Assembly: GCA_963678065.2 (NCBI GenBank)
Contig: CAXXVZ010000002.1
Coordinates: 640,001 to 704,000, forward strand
Origin: Treponemataceae bacterium
Lineage (GTDB): Bacteria; Spirochaetota; Spirochaetia; Treponematales; Rectinemataceae
Direction: 5' to 3'
DNA length: 64,000 nt
In this document: positions 8,952 through 17,576 of the stretch, piece after piece
How positions within the stretch are numbered: position 1 is the first letter of the stretch
How the letters are laid out: each line of letters opens with the position of its first letter
Translations under genes and position numbers: made by a program
The notes under the pieces: generated by a model
Told to the model about the DNA's origin: nothing
Database searches by the model: none
What the model saw: the letters and a program-made list of their open reading frames with translations, nothing else

Positions 8952-10448
8952 TTACTTCAACGCCTCGTAGATCTCCTTGAAACTCTCGATGCCCGCCTCC
9001 AGGTTTTCGATGATCTCGCCCGCGAGGAGGTCGGGGTCTGGTAGGTTGTCCAGGTCGGTCAGACTCTTGTCCTTGATCCAGGTGATGTCGAGGCTGGTCT
9101 TGTCGCGGGTCGCGATGTCCTCGTAGCTGAACCTGCGCCAGCGGCCTTCGGGGCTGGTTTCGGCGTTGTAGGTTTCCTTGCGCTTGTTGATGTTGGCCGG
9201 GAGGTAGCAGTCGACGAAATCCTTCAGGTCTTCCAGCTGAAGTGGATTCTTCTTGAGGGTGAAGTGGATGTTGGTGCGGAAATCGTAGATCCAGATCTCC
9301 TTTGTCCAAGGCGTCCTGGCGGCCGGGTGGTTGTCGAAGAAGAGGACATTGGCCTTGACGCCCTGCTTATAGAAGACACCGGTCGGAAGTCTCAGGATTG
9401 TGTGGAGGTTTGTCGTCTCCATCAGCTTCTTGCGGACGGTCTCGCCGACGCCGCCTTCGAAGAGGACATTGTCGGGGAGGACGACAGCGGCGTGGCCGTC
9501 GGATTTGAGGAGGGTCCGGATGTGCTGGAGAAAGTTCAGCTGCTTGTTGCTGGTGGTGACCCAGAAATCCTGGCGGTTGTAGGTCAGGTCTTCGCTGTCC
9601 TGCTCGCCCTCCTCGTTGGTGAAGGTCATGCTGCTCTTCTTGCCGAAGGGAGGATTGGCCAGCACATAGTCGACCCGCAGTCCCGTGTCGGAGATGAGGG
9701 CGTCGGCGGAGGAGATGAAGCTGTCGCTCTCGAAGTCGCCGATATTGTGCAGGAAGAGGTTCATCAGGGCCATTCGACGCGTCGACGGGACGATTTCGTT
9801 GCCGTAGAAGGTCCGGTGCTTGAGGAATTCCTTCTGGTCCTTGTCCAGGGTATGGTTCGCGGGGTTGGCGATGAAGTCGTAGGCCGCGAGAAAGAATCCG
9901 CCGGTGCCGCAGGCCGGGTCGGCGATGGTTTTCTGCGGCTCGGGGCGCACGCACTCCACCATCGCGCGGATCAGGGCGCGGGGCGTGAAATACTGTCCGG
10001 CTCCGCTCTTGGTGTCCTCGGCGTTCTTTTCGAGCAGCCCTTCGTAGATCTTGCCCTTGATGTCCGCGCCCATCGTGCTCCACTGCTCTTTGTCGATCAT
10101 GTCGACGAGCTTGTAGAGCTTGGCCGGGTCCTGGATCTTGTTCTGGCTCTTGAAGAATATCTGTCCCAGCACTCCCTTGGCCTGGGAGAGTTCCCGCAAG
10201 AGGATGGAATAATGCGCTTCGAGTTCGGCGCCGCGCTTCGCGGTCAGGCTCTCCCAGTTGCAGGCCGCGGGAATGGGCAGTTTCCGGCTGTAGGGCGGGC
10301 GGCTGAACTCGTCGGCCATTTTCAGGAACAAGAGGAAGGTGAGCTGCTCCAGATAGTCGCCGTAGCCCACGCCGTCGTCGCGGAGCGTGTTGCAGAAGCT
10401 CCAGACCTTGCCGATTATGCTCGATGTGTTGTTGACTTCGTTGGTCAT
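8952..10448 (-). CDS. hsdM: type I R-M N6-adenine methyltransferase subunit (second, orphan copy)
   Basis: GQYFTPR, DPACGTGGF, NPPF; no hsdS follows. Confidence 0.93.
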   Translation of the reverse strand: MTNEVNNTSSIIGKVWSFCNTLRDDGVGYGDYLEQLTFLLFLKMADEFSRPPYSRKLPIPAACNWESLTAKRGAELEAHYSILLRELSQAKGVLGQIFFKSQNKIQDPAKLYKLVDMIDKEQWSTMGADIKGKIYEGLLEKNAEDTKSGAGQYFTPRALIRAMVECVRPEPQKTIADPACGTGGFFLAAYDFIANPANHTLDKDQKEFLKHRTFYGNEIVPSTRRMALMNLFLHNIGDFESDSFISSADALISDTGLRVDYVLANPPFGKKSSMTFTNEEGEQDSEDLTYNRQDFWVTTSNKQLNFLQHIRTLLKSDGHAAVVLPDNVLFEGGVGETVRKKLMETTNLHTILRLPTGVFYKQGVKANVLFFDNHPAARTPWTKEIWIYDFRTNIHFTLKKNPLQLEDLKDFVDCYLPANINKRKETYNAETSPEGRWRRFSYEDIATRDKTSLDITWIKDKSLTDLDNLPDPDLLAGEIIENLEAGIESFKEIYEALK

Positions 10449-11425
10449 GCGAGTTCCTTTCTGTTCAGGATGCTGATCACGACGTTTTTGACCGTCTCCA
10501 TCTCTTCGGGTTTGCTGACGGCGATGAACAGGGTGACGGCCGCGAGGGCATCGTTGCTGATGACGGGATTTCCGGATTCCGCATACAAAAGGCTGTTCTT
10601 TTCCATAAAGTAGAGAAAGCAGGCTGCCGCGATGCGCTTGTTCCCGTCGACGAAAGAGTGGTTCTTGACGATCAGATACAGCAGCATGGCGGCCTTTTCT
10701 TCCAGGCCCGGATACAGCTCGAGGCCTCCATAACTCTGATAGATCTGCCTGACCGAGCTTTCAAAGCCGTCATCCTTTTCCCTGCCGAACAATTTGGAGG
10801 CGAACTCGCTTCGCATGGACTCGATCACCGCCCGGTATTCATGGATCTCGACGACAATAGCGGGGCGTCTGGTCACCCCGGCAGTATCCAGTGTCTTGTG
10901 GTCGTAGTCATCCAGGAGGGAGAGCCCCTGCGCAAACTCCTCAAGCAGCTGCGCAAGGTTGCCTGCGTCGACAAGGTCTATCACCCGATGTTCGATCGAT
11001 CGGCGGAGTATGCTGATACCGTTTTTCAGGTCCCGTAGCTCCATGTCCCGCTCGGCAAGTCGTTTTTGGTTGATGGAGTAGCCGTCGACAAGGTATTCCC
11101 CGAGCCGTTTGGTGGCCCACTGGCGGAATTGGGTACCCTGTTTCGAGTTAACCCGGTAGCCGACGGAGATTATTACATCGAGATTGTAATACTCTACCTG
11201 ATAGGTTTTACCGTCAGTGGCAGTTGTTGCATTTTTTGCAACAACTGAAGTCTGATTCAATTCACCTTGTTCGAAAATATTCTTGAGGTGCCGGGAAATG
11301 GAGGATTTATCCCTGTCAAACAAGGATGCGATCTGTACCAAAGTAAGCCAGAATGATTCTTCTTCAAAACGTACTTCGACCTGAGTCTGCTTGTCCTCGG
11401 CCTGATAAATCAGAATCTCATTCAT
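10445..11425 (-). CDS. RhuM N-terminal domain + Fic/Doc protein
   Basis: YNLDVIISVGYRVNSKQGTQFRQWA; Fic motif HSFVDGNKR; ATG at 11425 after GGAGG. Confidence 0.88.
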   Translation of the reverse strand: MNEILIYQAEDKQTQVEVRFEEESFWLTLVQIASLFDRDKSSISRHLKNIFEQGELNQTSVVAKNATTATDGKTYQVEYYNLDVIISVGYRVNSKQGTQFRQWATKRLGEYLVDGYSINQKRLAERDMELRDLKNGISILRRSIEHRVIDLVDAGNLAQLLEEFAQGLSLLDDYDHKTLDTAGVTRRPAIVVEIHEYRAVIESMRSEFASKLFGREKDDGFESSVRQIYQSYGGLELYPGLEEKAAMLLYLIVKNHSFVDGNKRIAAACFLYFMEKNSLLYAESGNPVISNDALAAVTLFIAVSKPEEMETVKNVVISILNRKELA

Positions 11426-11754
11426 ATCCGTTTCCTCCCCGGCACACCGCCAGCGCGAGTTGTCGCATTTTTTGCAACTTATAAAGGAGCGCCCTTTGCT
11501 TTCGTGGAGGACTGATACTCCCGCTTCAACTAGTCGCGCGAATGTTGCCAAGTCGGCATATATGCTATTCAGGTATTGAGATAGCCATTCATTCATTCCT
11601 GGAAGGCAGTGTGCGAAATTTGCACTATGCATTTTTTTGCATGATGCTTTTCGCTTACGGTCTGTCTTCCTTGAACCAGAATCGACGCCAGCTTCGTTGC
11701 TGAAGGAATTGTGCCACAAACCGTGGCACAATTCGATGGACCGAAACCAAGGCC

Positions 11755-14700
11755 TCATGCTTCCTTCTCGATTATGCTTCTATAAATTTCCTTCGCGAGT
11801 AACGGAAAAACCGTCTTCTGGAAGTTCGAGTCGTCCATGTAGCGGGTGACGATGCTGTCGTTTTCACCGATTCTCTGCATCATCAGGGATTCGATAATGG
11901 ACTTGATGCCGAGCTGAAATTTGTCGAGAGGATTGGCGCGGGCGGTCTGGATGATCCGCTCGTCCTTGGAAGCTTTTTCCTTTATCTGTTCGAAAAATAG
12001 CCGGTCCTCTTCCGAGAAGTCCGTTCCAAAGCGTTCGTTCACGGTCTGGATGATTTCGGAGAGCGGTTTTTCTTCGTCCTTCGATGCGCCAGTTCCTACA
12101 GCTGTCGGCGATTTGACGCCGTACTGTTCTTCCTTTTCCAGAACGATAGTTCCCGACGACACCTTCTCGATCCTGTAATACTGGAGTGCAACCTCTTTTT
12201 CAGGATGCGGATTCACTATGTCTTCGCCCAGTTCGAGGTGAGGCAGCAGATATCGGCTGTAGCTGTAAAGCATCTCCAGTTCCTGGTCGGTGTAGGGCAT
12301 GATCTGGCTGACGAAGGAATAGAACCCGGCAAAAGCCGTCAGTTTTTCGTAGAACGATTCCCGCTTTTCTTCTTCGAGCGCCCTGAAACGGTCCACCGCG
12401 GGCTGCACCATCTTTTCCATCCGCGCATGGTCCGAGGGATTTTGTCTGTACTGCGGCAGATAGAAAACATGGCAGAATCCGACAACTTCCGACCAGAGAT
12501 ATACCTGAAAGGCATTCAATTCATGTTTCAGCTTCTCGAGGTGGGCGGGATCTGATTCCTCCTGCAAGGTCGTCACATTGTAGTAGGGTTTGAAAGCCTT
12601 GTAGATATCTTCCGCTTCGTTGACGAAATCCAGGACGAAAGGCTCTTCCTTTCCGGCGCTCATCCGGTTGAGCCGCGAAAGCGTCTGCACCGCCTGCACG
12701 CCATCGAGCCGTTTGTCCACATACATGGCGCACAGAAGCGGCTGGTCAAAACCAGTCTGATATTTGTTGGCGACCAGAAGAACCTGATAATCGGATGAAT
12801 CGAACTTGTCCGGCAGCTGGGATTCGGTAATGTTCTTGCCGGTCACCACATCGATGTTCATGGAGGATTCTGTAAAATCAGCCTCGGTGTCGGGATCTCT
12901 CACCGTTCCGCTGAACGCGACGAGGGGCCGAATGTCGGAATAATGGTTCTCCTCGATGTATTTCTGAAAGGACAGCATATAGCGTACCGCATGGAGCCGC
13001 GACCCGGTGACGACCATAGCTTTCGCCCGTCCGCCGAGTTTCTGCCTCACATGCTCGCGGAAGTGTTCGACCATGATTTCAGTTTTCTGCTCGATGTTGT
13101 GGGGATGTAAGGCCATGAATTTGCCGAGCTTCTTCTGCGCCTTCTTTTTCGGCATGGCCGGATCGTCTTCTACGCTTTTCACCAGCTTGAAATATGTCTT
13201 GTAGGTTGTGTAGCGCTTCAACACGTCCAGGATAAAGCCTTCTTCGATGGCCTGTTTCATGGAATACGTGTGGAATGCCTCGGGTTTTCCGCTCGATCCT
13301 TTTCGGCCGAAAAGTTCCAGGGTTTTCCCCTTGGGCGTCGCGGTAAACGCGAAAAAACTGAGATTCTTCTGTCTGCCGCGGGATTCCATGACTCTATTCA
13401 GGCCATCTTCCCAATCCAGCTCGCGCTCCTCGCCCTCGGATATATTCTCGCCGAACTCTGTCCCCGCACCAAGGATCCGCTTGAGCTCGCGGGCCGTCTC
13501 GCCGGTCTGGCTGGAATGGGCTTCATCTACGATGACCGCGTACTTTCGGGCGGCGATCGCATCCTGCCACTCTTTCGCCTTGGCGATGGCTGTTTCTTCT
13601 GGACTGTCCGGATTGTCGGCGCCGGCGATATGCAAAAGGCCGCGAAGGATGAATGGGAATTTCTGCAGGGTAGTGATGACGATCTTGGTCCCGTCGACCA
13701 GGGCTTCCGCGAGCTGGCGGGAGTTTTCATCGATAGCCTTCACGACGCCCTGGGCGTGTTCGATCTGATAGATGGCATCCTGCAATTGCTTGTCCAAAAT
13801 TTTGCGATCGGTGATGACCACGACACAATCGAAAACCTTGGCGTCAGCCTCGGTATGAAGGCTCGAAAGTCTATGCGAGAGCCAGGAAATGCTGTTTGTC
13901 TTCCCGCTTCCGGCAGAATGCTGGATCAGATAGTTGTTGCCGGCCCTTTCCGATCGCGCGGAGCGAATCAGACTGCGAACCGCGTCTAGTTGGTGATACC
14001 GGGGAAAAACCAGCGTCTCTCTGGTGACTTTTTTGCGTCCGCCCGCTCCGTCATCGAGCGTTTCTTCGCTCGTTTCAAGAAAGGCAAAACTGCCGATGAT
14101 ATCCAGAAAGCTTTCCCGTTCGAGTGTTTCTTCCCAGAAGTAGCCGGTGCGGTGCCCCGATGGATGCTGGGGATTGCCCCTGCCGCAGTCGATTTCTCCG
14201 GGAGCGCTGCCGCGGTTGAATGGCAGGAAGTATGTTTTTTCTCTGTTCAGGCGGGTCGCCATATACACTTCGGCGGGATCGACCGCAAAGTGAACTATCG
14301 CCCCATTTTTGAACCGGAAGAGCGGCGCGCGGGGATCCCGATCGGCCTTGTACTGGGCTACGGCATGTTTCCAGGTCTGCCAAGTTGCCGGATTTTTCAG
14401 CTCAAGCGTAGCGACGGGTAGTCCATTGAGGGAAAGCACCATGTCGACAGTGCTGGAATCGGCCGGATGACAGGCCACCTGCCGGGTGACATGCAGAAGA
14501 TTCTTGCCATAGAGCTCGATCGTCTCCGCGACCAGTCCGTGGGCCGGTTTGAAAAACGCCAGCTTGAAGGTCTTGCCATAGAATTTGAAACCGTGACGTA
14601 TGATGTGCAGCGTTCCTTTGGTCTCGCGCTCCTTGACGAGCATATCCACCAGTTTGGATGACAGTTCGCCGCCATGGAGCTTTTCCATCTGCGCCCAGAG

Positions 14701-14853
14701 TCCGCCTTGAGTACTCTTGATGAAGGCGATGACATATTCAGGAAAAAGTGCGCCGGTTTTGTCCCAAACCAGATTTGATCCCGCGATCCAGCCTCGCGCG
14801 GCCATGGTCTCCTGTGTATAGGCCTCAAAGGCTTTCTCGGTTGTCGCTTTCAT
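11755..14853 (-). CDS. hsdR: type I restriction endonuclease subunit R
   Basis: Nuclease ...VDMV...ATLELK; HSAGSGKT, VDEAH, FTATP, YQTGFDQP, QTLSRLNR. Confidence 0.95.
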   Translation of the reverse strand: MKATTEKAFEAYTQETMAARGWIAGSNLVWDKTGALFPEYVIAFIKSTQGGLWAQMEKLHGGELSSKLVDMLVKERETKGTLHIIRHGFKFYGKTFKLAFFKPAHGLVAETIELYGKNLLHVTRQVACHPADSSTVDMVLSLNGLPVATLELKNPATWQTWKHAVAQYKADRDPRAPLFRFKNGAIVHFAVDPAEVYMATRLNREKTYFLPFNRGSAPGEIDCGRGNPQHPSGHRTGYFWEETLERESFLDIIGSFAFLETSEETLDDGAGGRKKVTRETLVFPRYHQLDAVRSLIRSARSERAGNNYLIQHSAGSGKTNSISWLSHRLSSLHTEADAKVFDCVVVITDRKILDKQLQDAIYQIEHAQGVVKAIDENSRQLAEALVDGTKIVITTLQKFPFILRGLLHIAGADNPDSPEETAIAKAKEWQDAIAARKYAVIVDEAHSSQTGETARELKRILGAGTEFGENISEGEERELDWEDGLNRVMESRGRQKNLSFFAFTATPKGKTLELFGRKGSSGKPEAFHTYSMKQAIEEGFILDVLKRYTTYKTYFKLVKSVEDDPAMPKKKAQKKLGKFMALHPHNIEQKTEIMVEHFREHVRQKLGGRAKAMVVTGSRLHAVRYMLSFQKYIEENHYSDIRPLVAFSGTVRDPDTEADFTESSMNIDVVTGKNITESQLPDKFDSSDYQVLLVANKYQTGFDQPLLCAMYVDKRLDGVQAVQTLSRLNRMSAGKEEPFVLDFVNEAEDIYKAFKPYYNVTTLQEESDPAHLEKLKHELNAFQVYLWSEVVGFCHVFYLPQYRQNPSDHARMEKMVQPAVDRFRALEEEKRESFYEKLTAFAGFYSFVSQIMPYTDQELEMLYSYSRYLLPHLELGEDIVNPHPEKEVALQYYRIEKVSSGTIVLEKEEQYGVKSPTAVGTGASKDEEKPLSEIIQTVNERFGTDFSEEDRLFFEQIKEKASKDERIIQTARANPLDKFQLGIKSIIESLMMQRIGENDSIVTRYMDDSNFQKTVFPLLAKEIYRSIIEKEA

Positions 14854-15017
14854 GCTTGACTCCGGTTCAAAATGATTTGAACTGTCAAGTATTCCTTGAC
14901 AGTTGACTCCGAAGAAAGCTCGCCTTCCCTGAAACAGTTGCCGATATGCAGGCTGATATTCTGCTTTTCACCGCTTCCTTCCATGACTTCAAAGGCTTTC
15001 TCGGTCGTCACTTTCAT
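14850..15017 (-). pseudogene. chimeric remnant: duplicated hsdR start fused to a rhuM fragment
   Basis: MKVTTEKAFE (cf. HsdR MKATTEKAFE) followed by KQNISLHIGNCFREGELSSESTVKEYLTVQ. Confidence 0.7.
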
Positions 15018-15219
15018 CCGCGTCCCCTGAATTTTTGATCTCATAGAATCTCATAAACAACTCATTCGATCTCATGGATTCTCATAATTTGAAACGACAT
15101 ATTCATTGTACCATAACTATTTATATAACATGGTATTCCGAGCGAATATAATATTTCGCTGATTTTATGAGACCGCTTGCCGGGGCCGAGTATGTCAGCA
15201 AGGTGCTGGCTGTTGATGA

Positions 15220-16557
15220 TCATACAGCCTCCCGCACATCGATTTTGCCAGTAACCGCGGCGCTTATAAGAGCCGTCCGGTATTCCTTGAGTTTCTCGAT
15301 GACCGTTTTCACTTTGGCGGAAAGGATGTCAATTTTGGAGGTTTCGCGGTCGAGAAAGGCGGCGATGGCTTGTTGTTCGGGGAGTGGGGGGAAGCAAAAA
15401 CGAAACTCTTTTACATAATCATCAGGCACACGTTTCTGTCCACCCGCCCCATACATCCAAGCTTCGCCATTTTTTCGAAACTCATCCGAAATAGACAAGT
15501 AATACAGATATTCCACATCAAGATCTTTGCCTGGTCGCATTACTGTGAGCTCGGTTGTCCCAAAACCGCACCCGGTTCCAAGACCACGCATAATTGCGCC
15601 TTTGCCATTTTCAAAGCAAGGAGTGATTTTCGCAAAGGCTACATCACCTTCTGCAAAGAAGGTATAGCCAGTGCTTACTTCCGAAATTGGTCTCGTAGCA
15701 TCCAATCTCAGTGAACCGTCGCCACCAACAGCTTCCATTGGCAAAAATGCGAGTTCTGTCTCAAAATCGAGGTGATTTGCTTCTTGTTTGCTTGGATTCA
15801 TGCTGAGCATATATCGCGATCTCTTCAACACCCAATGCTCCGGCACATCCCCCAGCCATTCCACGCTAGAGGGTTTCATCATGACAGTTGCATCCAGTCC
15901 CTTGGTGACAGCCCGGGAGATGAGCGTCGAGCGCTGTTCCGCCAGCAACTCAAGCAGACGCTCTTTCTTGCCGAGGAGCGCATCGATACGCCCCGTCTCG
16001 CCGTCGAGAAAGGTGGCGATGGCTTGTTGTTCGGGGAGTGGGGGGAAGCAAAAACGAAACTCTTTTACATAATCATCAGGCACACGTTTCTGTCCACCCG
16101 CCCCATACATCCAAGCTTCGCCATTTTTTCGAAACTCATCCGAAATAGACAAGTAATACAGATATTCCACATCAAGATCTTTGCCTGGTCGCATTACTGT
16201 GAGCTCGGTTGTCCCAAAACCGCACCCGGTTCCAAGACCACGCATAATTGCGCCTTTGCCATTTTCAAAGCAAGGAGTGATTTTCGCAAAGGCTACATCA
16301 CCTTCTGCAAAGAAGGTATAGCCAGTGCTTACTTCCGAAATTGGTCTCGTAGCATCCAATCTCAGTGAACCGTCGCCACCAACAGCTTCCATTGGCAAAA
16401 ATGCGAGTTCTGTCTCAAAATCGAGGTGATTTGCTTCTTGTTTGCTTGGATTCATGCTGAGCATATATCGCGATCTCTTCAACACCCAATGCTCCGGCAC
16501 ATCCCCCAGCCATTCCACGCCGCTGCTCTTGTATTTCGGATAGGCTCTCGTCTTCAT
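15220..16557 (-). CDS. hsdS: type I R-M specificity subunit with two identical TRDs
   Basis: VEWLGDVPEHW and PPLPEQQAIA conserved regions; ends ALISAAVTGKIDV. Confidence 0.95.
   Translation of the reverse strand: MKTRAYPKYKSSGVEWLGDVPEHWVLKRSRYMLSMNPSKQEANHLDFETELAFLPMEAVGGDGSLRLDATRPISEVSTGYTFFAEGDVAFAKITPCFENGKGAIMRGLGTGCGFGTTELTVMRPGKDLDVEYLYYLSISDEFRKNGEAWMYGAGGQKRVPDDYVKEFRFCFPPLPEQQAIATFLDGETGRIDALLGKKERLLELLAEQRSTLISRAVTKGLDATVMMKPSSVEWLGDVPEHWVLKRSRYMLSMNPSKQEANHLDFETELAFLPMEAVGGDGSLRLDATRPISEVSTGYTFFAEGDVAFAKITPCFENGKGAIMRGLGTGCGFGTTELTVMRPGKDLDVEYLYYLSISDEFRKNGEAWMYGAGGQKRVPDDYVKEFRFCFPPLPEQQAIAAFLDRETSKIDILSAKVKTVIEKLKEYRTALISAAVTGKIDVREAV
15361..16520. repeat. ~506-bp apparently perfect direct repeat inside hsdS (15361-15866 and 16015-16520)
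   Basis: Offset 654 nt; both halves translate identically. Confidence 0.95.
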
Positions 16558-17576
16558 CGTCCGCCCTCCTTCCGCTCAAGAGTCCGTTCCAGCTCTTCCA
16601 GCTGGGCCAGATCTTCCCGGTCAGCCTGGCTGGCTTCCTCTTCCACGCGGCGGGCGTTGAATTCGTTGTAGCGCTGGTGGGCGATCTCCACCATGGTTTC
16701 GTGGCTGATCCCGCCAGGACTGCGCAAGATCGGCTTTTCGTTGAACTCGAGGAGCCGGTCCACATTGTTCCGCCAGTACGCGAGCGAAAGCTGCTTGCGC
16801 TCCTTGACCCGCAGTTCGGCCTGCTCCAGAAAGATCACCACAAGGCGGTTGAGGGTATCGATCTCGTCGGCGCCGAGGTAATTCTTGGCGACGATGACAT
16901 CCTGCCTGCGCACCCGACTGCCGCTCCAGGTGGTGAGAGCCATATTCGGCTCATTGGGACTGGAACGGGAGACGACCAACTCCGCCGCCGTCGCGCCGGT
17001 CACGGCGTAGAGAAGCTTGTTCTGCACCTCCGCGAAGAAGAGCTGGGCGGCCTTCTCATCATCCTTGTAGTCGACACTCAGGGCGAAGAGGTCGCGGACC
17101 TTCTGGTAGAAGCGTTTTTCGGATGCGCGGATCTCCCGGATTCGCTCCAGAAGCTCGTCGAAGTAATCCAACTTGCCGGGATTCTTGAGCCGCTCGTCGT
17201 CCATCACGAAGCCCTTGATCAGGAGTTCCTTGAGCTTGGTCGTTGCCCATTTCCTGAACTGAGTTCCCCGTGGCGACTTCACCCGATACCCGACGGCCAG
17301 GACTGCATCCAGATTGTAGTAGGACACGTCGTAGATTTTACCATCAGCGGCAGTTGTCCGGAAATTCCGGACAACTGAAATCTCGTCCAACTCACCCTCG
17401 GTGAAAATATTCCGAAGGTGCTCGCTGATGGTTCGCTTGGATCGTTCGAAAAGCTCCCCCATGAGTGCCTGCGAGAGCCAGACAGTGTCCCCGGCGAGTC
17501 TGCACTCGATACGGTCTTTCCCGTCATCAGTATGGTAGATGATGAGTTCGCCACGGTTGTTCGACGATTCGCTCAT
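16554..17576 (-). CDS. rhuM: RhuM-family (virulence protein) DNA-binding protein
   Basis: YNLDAVLAVGYRVKSPRGTQFRKWAT, RIREIRASEKRFYQKV, VAKNYL. Confidence 0.9.
   Translation of the reverse strand: MSESSNNRGELIIYHTDDGKDRIECRLAGDTVWLSQALMGELFERSKRTISEHLRNIFTEGELDEISVVRNFRTTAADGKIYDVSYYNLDAVLAVGYRVKSPRGTQFRKWATTKLKELLIKGFVMDDERLKNPGKLDYFDELLERIREIRASEKRFYQKVRDLFALSVDYKDDEKAAQLFFAEVQNKLLYAVTGATAAELVVSRSSPNEPNMALTTWSGSRVRRQDVIVAKNYLGADEIDTLNRLVVIFLEQAELRVKERKQLSLAYWRNNVDRLLEFNEKPILRSPGGISHETMVEIAHQRYNEFNARRVEEEASQADREDLAQLEELERTLERKEGGR

Noticed and set aside
9264..10613. Long plus-strand ORFs opposite the hsdM genes (also 17693-19699)
   Set aside because: Antisense shadow frames of GC-rich genes with no motifs.
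11426..11758. N-terminal 111-aa extension of RhuM-Fic
   Set aside because: The RBS and family start are at 11425; the extension is an intergenic palindrome mosaic.
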